Both the position numbers and the translations under genes were made by a program. From an uncultured Leptospiraceae bacterium (lineage in GTDB: Bacteria > Spirochaetota > UBA4802 > UB4802): a stretch of 64,000 nt of DNA. The notes under the pieces were generated by a model, which did not search any database, had not been told where the DNA came from, and saw only the letters and a program-made list of their open reading frames with translations. Below, one piece after another: positions 1 through 8,792 of the stretch. The stretch lies in assembly GCA_964629365.1 (NCBI GenBank), contig CAZVRB010000004.1, positions 18,827 to 82,826 on the forward strand, in the 5' to 3' direction. How positions within the stretch are numbered: position 1 is the first letter of the stretch; every line of letters begins with the position of its first letter.

Positions 1-810
1 CTGCTAGCCGGATGTGACATAGGGTCCCTCACTGCAAAGGCGGTGCTCTTAGACCTTGATACGGGTAAAATTCTATCGCAGGGGATACTGCCTGTCAGGC
101 CCACTGCAGCTGAATCATCATACGCTATCATGAATATAGTACTCAACCGGGTTGGCCTGTCTCACGATGATATTGATTACCTCTGCAGCACCGGGTATGG
201 CAGGCTGGAAATTCCATTCGCGGACATGCACATCAGTGAAATATCCTGTCATGGAAGAGGGGCACACTGGCTTGACACGTCAATCCGTACAGTGGTAGAT
301 ATTGGCGGCCAGGACTGCAAGGTCATCTCAATTGATAACGCGGGGTTTATCAATGACTTCATTATGAATGATAAATGCGCTGCCGGTACAGGACGATCAC
401 TCGAGATGCTTGCAGCCACAATTGGGGTTCCACTTGATGATTTGGGCAGGCTTTCACTCAAATCCCGGAAACCAGTACCCATATCAAACAAGTGCAGCAT
501 TTTCATGGAGCTTGAAGTTCTTGATGCCATGTACCGCAAAAAAAAATTGAAACACATAGCCCACGGGCTTACCGACGCCGTCGCAAAACGTGTTGCATCA
601 CTGGCAAAGGCCGTCCCGGTGCGCGAAAGTATATGTATTACCGGGGGTGTAGCAAAAAACATGGGTGTTGTCCGTCAACTTGAGAAATACATGGATATAC
701 ATTTCAAAAAACTTCCAGTAGATTCACAGCTTATCGGCGCTATTGGTGCAGCCCTCTTCGCGGGTGATACATACACAAAAAAAGGGGTCCCATCGGAGGC
801 AAAATGCTGA
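1..810 (+). CDS. BadF/BadG/BcrA/BcrD-type ATPase (HgdC-like CoA-substrate-specific enzyme activase), 5' end truncated by window edge
   Basis: N-term LAGCDIGSLTAKAVLLD matches the GIDxGST actin-fold start and continues in-frame to base 1. DIGGQDCKVI, NDKCAAGTGRSLE (cluster-Cys motif) and NKCSIFMELEV motifs present. Only a few codons are missing upstream. Confidence 0.8.
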   Translation: MLAGCDIGSLTAKAVLLDLDTGKILSQGILPVRPTAAESSYAIMNIVLNRVGLSHDDIDYLCSTGYGRLEIPFADMHISEISCHGRGAHWLDTSIRTVVDIGGQDCKVISIDNAGFINDFIMNDKCAAGTGRSLEMLAATIGVPLDDLGRLSLKSRKPVPISNKCSIFMELEVLDAMYRKKKLKHIAHGLTDAVAKRVASLAKAVPVRESICITGGVAKNMGVVRQLEKYMDIHFKKLPVDSQLIGAIGAALFAGDTYTKKGVPSEAKC

Positions 811-1649
811 CGGCGGGTATCGATGTGGGAACTCGTTTCATAAAGGTGGCAATCACTGATGGGAACATTATGATGGGTTCAAGCTGTATAGAACTGGCTG
901 CCGATTTCAGGGGAATACTTAAGGCCTGTTTTCAAGAGGCACTTGCAGATGCCGCCAATTTCAGTTCTACCCGGGTACGGAAAAGACATGTAAAGAAAAT
1001 AATAGCCACGGGATACGGTGCACACCTTGTAAAACAGGCGGCATATACCATACAGGAATCATTCTGCCTTGCACGTGCCGCTCGTTTCCTGTCACGGGAT
1101 ACCAACACGGTGATAGACAGCGGTGGACTATTTATAAAGGTGGTTACTGTCAATGAACATGGCTTCCCCGAAGAAAGCCATGTCAATGAAAAATGTGCAG
1201 CCGGCAGTGGCAGGTTCCTGGAGATGATTTCCGCGGCATTGAATATTTCGATTAATGAAGTATCACATACAGCATCCAAATCAACAAATCCATATAATAT
1301 CGTGAACAGCTGTGCCGTGTTCGCCGAAAGCGATGTCATCAGCCAGGTAAACGCGGGAACATGTGGTGAAGATATCATCGCCGGTGTTCTCAATGTAATA
1401 ACATTAAAAACCATAACACTCCTGGAAGGTGTGGATTCCGGTGATACAATTGTCATGGCAGGGGGACTTGCAAAGATACCTGCATACATACACGCTCTTG
1501 AACGTTATTCAAAGAAAGATATTTCTCTCATATCTATTGACCCGCAAATGCCTGCAGCATTTGGCGCAGCCCTTATTGCACAGGGAAGGACAATGGTATC
1601 ACACGAAAGAAAAAATGGGACGGGTAGAAAACAAATCCATGATAAGTGA
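804..1649 (+). CDS. second BadF/BcrAD-type activase ATPase (HgdC/BcrA-like)
   Basis: MLTAGIDVGTRFIKV N-term, NEKCAAGSGRFLE and SCAVFAESD motifs, about 280 aa. Overlaps the upstream activase by 7 nt, so the tandem pair resembles BcrA/BcrD. Confidence 0.8.
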   Translation: MLTAGIDVGTRFIKVAITDGNIMMGSSCIELAADFRGILKACFQEALADAANFSSTRVRKRHVKKIIATGYGAHLVKQAAYTIQESFCLARAARFLSRDTNTVIDSGGLFIKVVTVNEHGFPEESHVNEKCAAGSGRFLEMISAALNISINEVSHTASKSTNPYNIVNSCAVFAESDVISQVNAGTCGEDIIAGVLNVITLKTITLLEGVDSGDTIVMAGGLAKIPAYIHALERYSKKDISLISIDPQMPAAFGAALIAQGRTMVSHERKNGTGRKQIHDK

Positions 1650-2436
1650 AAAAGTGAATAATAAAAAGACACAGGATCATGCACCTCTTATTGAGGTCAT
1701 ACACAAAATAACCGGAAACACCACAAGAAGATTCATGGAGTATCCACTTGATGATGGCATTGAAGCTGACAGGTTTAATCTGCGGTCACCCCATGGAGTG
1801 AAAAAACCCGTAATCGTCACCGCAGAAGACACCGCCCTGGAAATTGGATCACCCCATCACCGGGCAGTAAACACGCTGCTGTGGACACACCGGAAAGGAG
1901 TTATCCGCAACCGTGTACTAATCGGAGGCATTGAGATGGAAGAAGCAATGCCGGGACCAGTTACGGCCGCTGTTTGCAGTATGACCGAGATAGAAGAATC
2001 TCTCGACACAAGCGGTCCAAACTTCCAGGCCCTGCGCCATCTTTCCAATATGCTGCCGGGATACATGATTCGCAGTATGCCAGGCAAGATGTGGGTACGT
2101 CTCCACCATAATCTGGTAAAATCAGGTTTTTCATCATATTCACTTGCCCAGTGTCTTGCCCATGCGTATCGTCAATTACATCCAGCCATCAGCGCAGTAG
2201 AGGTAATGGTAGTGATGGGTATACCGGATATCGTAGAGGAAATGGAGTCCGTAGATCTCAGGGCCAGGATCATTAACGGTACAAATCGCAACATTTCACT
2301 CGAAGAAGACGGGTCCCTGGTCTGTGAAGACCTGGATTGTACACACTGCGAGAATATGGCCTCCTGTGATATCATCAGGGAAATAATAAAAAAGAAAAGA
2401 GGAAATAATGGGAAAAACCATCGCCTTCACGGGTAA
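1613..2436 (+). CDS. hypothetical protein with C-terminal Cys cluster (CEDLDCTHCENMASCD); family not recognised
   Basis: Long ORF in a third frame. The likely start is ATG 1613 (MGRVENK) or ATG 1637 (MISEKV), just overlapping the activase stop. No motif I recognise, and it overlaps the CooC-like gene start by about 29 nt. Confidence 0.45.
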
Positions 2437-3181
2437 GGGAGGGGTGGGCAAAACCGCTCTATCCGCCATATGCGGGAAAATACTCATTGAGAAAGGGGAA
2501 CGGGTTCTTTTTATTGATGCTGATCCTGCGATGGGGCTTGCTACCGCCCTGAATGTGAAAGAGTATACAACCATAGGACAGGCACGAGAAGAGATTATCC
2601 GGCAGGTACGAACCACATCCCCGGAGGATGACAAGGCCCCCCTGGCTGATATCATTGATTATCTTCTTCTTGCATCACTGCACGAGGCTGAAGGATACAG
2701 CCTCATAGTAATGGGGCAGACTGATACACTTGGATGTTTTTGCTCATTGAATTCCCTTCTAAAGGATACTATCACTTCAATAAGTGAAGAATACGACTGG
2801 ATTATTATTGATGCCGAAGCAGGATTTGAGCAGGTAAATCGACAGGTTATGAACACCGTACAATTCCCGGTCATCGTCAGCGATAATACAATGCGTGGTG
2901 TTAAAACCGCATCAATGATCATGGAGGTCATAGATCGCATCCCATCAATGAATCCCCTGCGTACCGGTCTCATTTTTAACAGGGTAGAAAAGGCAGAACC
3001 GCAACTTGTACGCAACATCAAATCAGCCGGAATCAATTATTACGGGCATGTGCCTGCTGATAGTGATATATCAAGAATTGACCTGGATGGCACCTCAATT
3101 CTTGATATATCCCGCGATTCTATATCCATGCAAAACATGAAACGTATTCTCTCCGAAAGTAAAATTCTTCAAAAAACTTGA
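2408..3181 (+). CDS. CooC/MinD-family P-loop ATPase (CooC-type metallochaperone-like)
   Basis: Deviant Walker A TGKGGVGKT, and a GCFCS (C-x-C) motif where CooC has its metal-binding CxC. About 257 aa. AGAGGA RBS upstream. Confidence 0.7.
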   Translation: MGKTIAFTGKGGVGKTALSAICGKILIEKGERVLFIDADPAMGLATALNVKEYTTIGQAREEIIRQVRTTSPEDDKAPLADIIDYLLLASLHEAEGYSLIVMGQTDTLGCFCSLNSLLKDTITSISEEYDWIIIDAEAGFEQVNRQVMNTVQFPVIVSDNTMRGVKTASMIMEVIDRIPSMNPLRTGLIFNRVEKAEPQLVRNIKSAGINYYGHVPADSDISRIDLDGTSILDISRDSISMQNMKRILSESKILQKT

Positions 3182-3286
3182 GATTACACTCCCTGAAGTT
3201 TTGTTTCAGCCACTTCACGCCGTACACGACATCACCCTGTTAACCCTGTAGAATGCACTCACATATTATGCGTGAGGAGTAATCAG

Positions 3287-4681
3287 ATGAGAGACGTATA
3301 TATAATTGGAGCTCACACGGTGAAGTTCGGAAAGCACCTCGACAGGTCAATATCCGACCTGTGCAGGATGACAGTTTTCCCCTGCCTCGAAGATGCCAGC
3401 CTTAAAAAAGATGATATACAGGCTATCTGGTTCGCTAATTCTGCATGGGGAGAATACCGGCGACAGGTTTGCATAAGAAGCCAGGTTGCTTTACGACCTC
3501 TTGGTATTGACACGATACCAATGACAAACGTGGAGAATGCATGTGCGGGTGGATCAACTGCCCTCCATCACGCCTGGCTTGGTGTAGCCAGCGGCCTGTA
3601 CGATATCACCATGGCACTTGGCGCAGAAAAAATATACGACCCCAACCGGCACCTGGTATTCTCCGGTTTCCTGACCGGAATGGATGTAGCCAACTTCAAG
3701 GAATCGGTTGCGTTGCTGCCCTCATTATCAATGTCCGATGACGATAAAGAAGCAATGTTCCAACATATCGAAAAGTATGCAAAGAACACAAAGGGAAAGT
3801 CCAAAAAAAGACAAACCGTAAAACAGAAAATCAGGGACACCCGTGATTCCCTGGTAATTGCCATACGAATCGGGGAAAGCATGGGATATGATGCGCTAAA
3901 AATTATTAAGAAACTGATGACCGGTGATCATTCCCCCTTCATGGACGTGTATGGCCATGAAGCCAGGAAGCATATGAAAAAATACGGCAGTTCAATTGAA
4001 GACCTTGCCGTAATTGCATCAAAAAACCATATGCACAGCACCATGAACCCCAATGCCCAATACCAGTTCCCTATCTCTAAAGAAGATGTTCTGGCAGACC
4101 GTCTTGTATCCTGGCCATTGACACGTTCAATGTGTGCTCCCGTCGGTGATGGTGCCGCCTCGTCAATACTCTGTGACGAAAAAACTGTAAGAAAACTTGG
4201 CCTCATGTCCCAGGCAGTAAAAATCAGGGCATCCATACTTGGCTCAGGAAAAGCAAGAGAAGAAAACGAGATGGACCTTGGCCAGCGTCTGGCAAATCGT
4301 GCCTATGAACAGGCGGAGCTTTCACCATCAGACATGGATATAGCCGAGGTTCACGATGCAACAGCTTTTGGAGAACTTCACCAGACAGAAAACCTGGGAT
4401 TCTGCAATGCCGGAGAGGGCGGCACCCTGGCCCAGAGCGGTGCCACACGTATCGGAGGAAAAATTCCCGTTAACACCAGTGGAGGACTTGAATCCCGCGG
4501 GCATCCCATCGGGGCATCCGGGCTTGGACAGGTTCATGAAATCGTCACCCAGCTGCGGGGTAACGCAGGAAAACGGCAGGTAGCATCCCCAAGAATAGGA
4601 ATAGCAGAAAACGGCGGCGGGGCTCTTGGTGTAGAAGAAGCGGCCATGTGCATACACATACTGGAAACACCACAAAAGTAA
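3287..4681 (+). CDS. thiolase-fold protein, SCP-x / nonspecific lipid-transfer-type acetyl-CoA C-acyltransferase with ~80 aa insertion
   Basis: VYIIGAHTVKFGK, NVENACAGGSTAL (active-site Cys) and C-terminal NTSGGLESRGHPIGASG / IAENGGGALG motifs. GAGGAG RBS 7 nt before ATG 3287 (the track ORF starts earlier at 3272). A lysine-rich segment around residues 150-230 is absent from canonical thiolases. Confidence 0.75.
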   Translation: MRDVYIIGAHTVKFGKHLDRSISDLCRMTVFPCLEDASLKKDDIQAIWFANSAWGEYRRQVCIRSQVALRPLGIDTIPMTNVENACAGGSTALHHAWLGVASGLYDITMALGAEKIYDPNRHLVFSGFLTGMDVANFKESVALLPSLSMSDDDKEAMFQHIEKYAKNTKGKSKKRQTVKQKIRDTRDSLVIAIRIGESMGYDALKIIKKLMTGDHSPFMDVYGHEARKHMKKYGSSIEDLAVIASKNHMHSTMNPNAQYQFPISKEDVLADRLVSWPLTRSMCAPVGDGAASSILCDEKTVRKLGLMSQAVKIRASILGSGKAREENEMDLGQRLANRAYEQAELSPSDMDIAEVHDATAFGELHQTENLGFCNAGEGGTLAQSGATRIGGKIPVNTSGGLESRGHPIGASGLGQVHEIVTQLRGNAGKRQVASPRIGIAENGGGALGVEEAAMCIHILETPQK

Positions 4682-6468
4682 TGAAGGAACAGGTGAACGA
4701 TATGATGAGTCAAAACTTGAAAATATTTATCGGAAAGATGAGAATGCTGAAAAATGTAACCAGGTCATTGTTCATCTTCATGGGAGAAGATATCAAACGG
4801 GGTACTCTTTCAAAGAACCTCAAGGGCATCGGCAAGATGGAGCTTGCCGAAGAGATGTCCTGGGCAGAACTTGTGGAAGAAAAAGCCGCAAAATATGGCA
4901 GCAGGACATACCTTACATATGAGGACAGAAACTTCTCATACAGTGATATGAATGACAATGCAAATCGTATCGCAAATTTTCTTAAGAAAGCCGGTGGTCA
5001 ACAGGGTGTGGGGGTTGCCATCTTTATGGACAACAGTCCACGTTTTCTTGATGTTTTCTTTGGCCTGCAGAAGATCGGAATGTATGCCGTCCCGGTAAAT
5101 ACATCATTAAAAGGTGAGGGCATGAAGTATATTCTCAATCATTGTGATGCCCGGTTTCTCGTGATAGACCAGCAGCACCTTCACACACTCCAAAAGATCG
5201 AAGCCAACCTTGATACCATTCATACCATTATCGTGAACCCCTCAGAGAATTCTCCCATCATAGCTGAAAGAAATTATCTTTCCCTTGATGACGCCTACAC
5301 TGAGAATCCCCATAATCCGGGTACAGGCTATAACAGGGACGACATCTGTTTTATTACCTACACCTCCGGCACTACCGGGCTTCCCAAGGGTGTGGTCTAT
5401 CGCTATCGCAACAGCGGGGTGAAGTTTTTCTCTCTTATCGCCCATATATTGTGGAGAAAACGAGATGTCATGTATACCTGCATGCCCCTTTTCCATGCCA
5501 ATGCTCTTGTTGTTACCTGTACCAGCGCACTGCACGCGGGAGCCCGTGTTGTGCTTGAGAAAAAGTTTTCGGCAAGTCGATTCTGGCACTCTATTCGTAC
5601 ACATGGCGTTACTACTTTCAATACCATCGGTGCCATGATCCCTATCCTCATGAAACAGCCCGAGAATGAACTTGATGGAAAAAACAAAGTTCGTTTTATC
5701 ATATCTGCCGCATGCCCCCCTGAACTATGGGAACAATTCGAAAAACGCTTCAATACAACAATATACGAAACATATGGAGCAGTTGACAGCGGCGGCAAAA
5801 CCATCTTAAACCTGGGCACCGCACCGGTGGGATCAATTGGCAAACCACCCATGAAGGTAACATATCGCCTGGTTGACGAACACATGAATGATGTACCTGA
5901 AGGAGAACCGGGAGAATTAATATTCCCCGCGCCAAAAGAAAAGACTGCCAGTTCGGGTGTTGAGTTTTATAAAAATGAAGAAGCAACCTCTGCCAAGCAA
6001 AGCGATGGGTGGATCAGGACCGGGGATCTTCTGAAACGGGATAAGAAAGGATACCTTTATTTTGTAGGACGTAATACCGAGTCCATGCGGATCAAGGGGG
6101 AAAATGTCTCTGCCTACGAAGTTGAACAGGTAATACAAAATCATCCTTCTGTACTGGAAGTTGCCGTATATGCGGTCCCCTCAGACCTGGCTGAAGATGA
6201 GATCATGGCAAGGGTTAAAATTGTGGACGGGAAAAGAATAACAGAAAAAGAACTATGGGAATTCATCATTGAGAACCTGGCAAAATTTGCCGTCCCCAGG
6301 TATATTAAATTTGTTTCTGACTTTGATAAAACAGAGACCCATCGCATAAAGAAGAAACAGCTGGAGCAGGACGGAATTGTAGAAGGTACATACGACGCAC
6401 AGAAAAACACCTATATAACGACAGGAAATAACAAACCGAAAGAAGCTGCAACCGGACACAGTGTATGA
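4681..6468 (+). CDS. AMP-dependent acyl-CoA synthetase/ligase
   Basis: YTSGTTGLPKGV AMP-binding motif, a TGD motif and the two-domain ANL layout. ATG 4681 overlaps the thiolase stop (TAATG), which suggests translational coupling. The track ORF start at 4648 is probably too early. Confidence 0.8.
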   Translation: MKEQVNDMMSQNLKIFIGKMRMLKNVTRSLFIFMGEDIKRGTLSKNLKGIGKMELAEEMSWAELVEEKAAKYGSRTYLTYEDRNFSYSDMNDNANRIANFLKKAGGQQGVGVAIFMDNSPRFLDVFFGLQKIGMYAVPVNTSLKGEGMKYILNHCDARFLVIDQQHLHTLQKIEANLDTIHTIIVNPSENSPIIAERNYLSLDDAYTENPHNPGTGYNRDDICFITYTSGTTGLPKGVVYRYRNSGVKFFSLIAHILWRKRDVMYTCMPLFHANALVVTCTSALHAGARVVLEKKFSASRFWHSIRTHGVTTFNTIGAMIPILMKQPENELDGKNKVRFIISAACPPELWEQFEKRFNTTIYETYGAVDSGGKTILNLGTAPVGSIGKPPMKVTYRLVDEHMNDVPEGEPGELIFPAPKEKTASSGVEFYKNEEATSAKQSDGWIRTGDLLKRDKKGYLYFVGRNTESMRIKGENVSAYEVEQVIQNHPSVLEVAVYAVPSDLAEDEIMARVKIVDGKRITEKELWEFIIENLAKFAVPRYIKFVSDFDKTETHRIKKKQLEQDGIVEGTYDAQKNTYITTGNNKPKEAATGHSV

Positions 6469-6480
6469 GTTGAACGATCA

Positions 6481-6516
6481 GGGGAGAGAACCACAATTCA
6501 ACTCTCCCCTTCTTTT
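6481..6516. terminator. bidirectional rho-independent terminator hairpin between convergent genes
   Basis: GGGGAGAG-13 nt loop-CTCTCCCC followed by TTCTTTTCC on the + strand. Confidence 0.4.
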
Positions 6517-8147
6517 CCCTGCATCATTACACGATATTCACTTGGTGTCTTACCTGTCTGTTTTTTAAATTGCCGGTGGAAATGCGTCAGGTTGTCGAAA
6601 CCCACATGATACGCGATATCTATAATCTTTGCATCTGTTTCCATCAACAAATCTTTTGCCCCTTCAATACGCTTGTTGTTTATATAATTCGATATGTTTA
6701 TTCCCGTTGTTTTTTTAAATACCTGCCCCATGTAATCTTCATTGAGACCAAATTTTTTCGACAGATCCTTACGGTCATATCGCTCCTGGTAATTCACATC
6801 AAGGTATTCAATGACATCATGTATCATATCCCTTGGATCAGGTTTCACCGACTCACCCTTAATTGAATTGAGTATTCGCTCCATTTTCTTTGTTTTTTTC
6901 AAAAGGGCACCGTACAGCGAATCCTTCTCTCTTTTCATTCGTTCAAAATCATAGATATAATACAAAGCGAATATGGTGAATACCAGCGGCACATGGAAAA
7001 ATATCAGCATCGGGAGTTCATCGAATCGAAATGTGGCCATGTAATACGTATTTCTAAGAACCGAGACCGGAACCGGGATAGCCACAAAAAGGAAGTACCA
7101 GTATCGTCGTGGGTCCCGTCGTATACATATAAAAAAAAGTACAGCAGCGGTTATAATACAGAGATTAACAAAAATGACCGTTCCCAGGCCTGCACCCTTG
7201 ATAAGAAAGGACGTATCAGGTGCTAAAACTATTGCCAGCACCAGAGGCATACCCAGTATAAATGACATCCATACTATATACTTATTTTTTATATCAAAAA
7301 ATTCCATGACCGCATGCAACGCGATAAAATTAACCAGGGTGAGGCTCATCAGGAACATCTTGTATCGCAAAAGGCCTGAAATAGCACAATTGAAATCCAG
7401 CATGGTCACATTACCGGCGAGGGTGAATAAAACGAGAAGGAAGAAATAGAGGTATTCTCTCCGGCCGGTACGGGATACCGCCAGTACCCCGAGTCCCAGC
7501 AGGAAAAGAAAATTGAGTGCCACAGAAGAAATATTGATCAGTATTGGAGTTTTGTTTTCTATTCTATGCGCAAAATACCCGCCGGGATATTCTGTAATTC
7601 CCATATATCCATTGATGCCGCTGATCACATGTGAAAAGACCCGAATAGCGATAGTATTATATTCACCATACCGAACAAGCGTATCGGGTAGTAGATAAGA
7701 ACGGCCCTGTTGCCATGAGAAATGGTACCTGTCATCTTCTTTATCCGGTATGGTTCCATTTGCACCCACCTGTATACCATTGAGGAACGTCTCATCTGCC
7801 ACACCAATTCGTCCCAGGAGAAGACATAATGATTTTCCCCTGTACTCTTCACCTATAAAAATTTTTTTCCGCAGCCATATAGTGGCCTCAAGGTTTTGCT
7901 GATCAATAATCAGGCGGGTAAAACTTCCAGGTAATTCCAGTTCAGGATAATCTCTATCATCCAGGGAAGGAAGGGCAAGTTCAGGATTATCGAAGGTTGA
8001 ATACTTCCATGTTCCACTGCAATCAATATCAGTGTCAGGGGTTCCTGCGGTAGTACATGCAGTACACAACAAGACAACACAGGCGATGCATATATATTTG
8101 ATAGTAGTCATAATCACATGAACATGAGTTTTGCAATATTTCCCCAA
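6498..8147 (-). CDS. 7TMR-DISM (DISMED2 extracytoplasmic domain + 7TM) fused to AraC-family HTH regulator
   Basis: Signal peptide and lipobox-like CTAC, an about 180 aa periplasmic beta-rich domain, then 7 hydrophobic helices. C-terminal HTH_AraC: DIAYHVGFDNLTHFHRQFKKQTGKTPSEYR. Confidence 0.7.
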   Translation of the reverse strand: MGKYCKTHVHVIMTTIKYICIACVVLLCTACTTAGTPDTDIDCSGTWKYSTFDNPELALPSLDDRDYPELELPGSFTRLIIDQQNLEATIWLRKKIFIGEEYRGKSLCLLLGRIGVADETFLNGIQVGANGTIPDKEDDRYHFSWQQGRSYLLPDTLVRYGEYNTIAIRVFSHVISGINGYMGITEYPGGYFAHRIENKTPILINISSVALNFLFLLGLGVLAVSRTGRREYLYFFLLVLFTLAGNVTMLDFNCAISGLLRYKMFLMSLTLVNFIALHAVMEFFDIKNKYIVWMSFILGMPLVLAIVLAPDTSFLIKGAGLGTVIFVNLCIITAAVLFFICIRRDPRRYWYFLFVAIPVPVSVLRNTYYMATFRFDELPMLIFFHVPLVFTIFALYYIYDFERMKREKDSLYGALLKKTKKMERILNSIKGESVKPDPRDMIHDVIEYLDVNYQERYDRKDLSKKFGLNEDYMGQVFKKTTGINISNYINNKRIEGAKDLLMETDAKIIDIAYHVGFDNLTHFHRQFKKQTGKTPSEYRVMMQGKEGES

Positions 8148-8337
8148 TCACTGCATGAAAACATAAAAAAATCAACGAATTTATTATACTCTCCTTGTAA
8201 TTGACAACACGATACGCAAAAATAAATACACTACATCAAGAATGCAGCAACTTCCTTAATATACTGCAAGAAATAGAACTTACTATATTGTAGTATTCAT
8301 CATACTTTCAAAGGGAAGAGACTACAGAACGTTTTAA

Positions 8338-8784
8338 TTGCAGAGGCACTTAATTATGAATGATAATGTATTTCTTCGTCTATACAAAGTTATATTTATC
8401 CTGGCTGCACTCTGGAATATTTGTGTCGGTGCTACAGGACTCCTGTTCCAGAATTATTCCATTCAATTGTTTTATGGAAGCAGTGCGTTGCATGAGACGT
8501 TTATCGCAATGCTGAATTATCGCATCGTTATGCTGGCAATAATTATTTTCGGGCTTGGATATTTTATCGTATCCAGGGCACCCCTCTTGAACAGGGGAAT
8601 AATATGGCTTGGGCTTTTAAGCAAGCTCATCCTGTTTTGCATATTTACGTTTCATTTTTTCACCGGAAATACCACCATATTCGCATTTCTTCTCGTCTGC
8701 GGAGACATGGCATGGTCACTTATATTCTTATATTTTCTATTCAAAAGTTCGCATCACGTAAAATATAATTTTTTAACAGGATAG
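8338..8784 (+). CDS. small integral membrane protein, hypothetical
   Basis: 148 aa, 4 predicted TM helices, AT-rich promoter region upstream. Confidence 0.4.
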   Translation: MQRHLIMNDNVFLRLYKVIFILAALWNICVGATGLLFQNYSIQLFYGSSALHETFIAMLNYRIVMLAIIIFGLGYFIVSRAPLLNRGIIWLGLLSKLILFCIFTFHFFTGNTTIFAFLLVCGDMAWSLIFLYFLFKSSHHVKYNFLTG

Positions 8785-8792
8785 AATACGGC

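Noticed and set aside
249-1489. Antisense ORFs 249-662(-), 368-550(+), 932-1489(-) inside the activase genes
   Set aside because: They lie inside strongly motif-supported genes on the other strand or frame, have no RBS and low complexity. Treated as shadow ORFs.
1429-2436. Possibility that activase-2 and the downstream ORF are one frameshifted pseudogene
   Set aside because: Activase-2 is full length (about 280 aa with an intact C-terminus), and the downstream ORF has plausible in-frame starts at 1613/1637. A simple gene overlap explains it.
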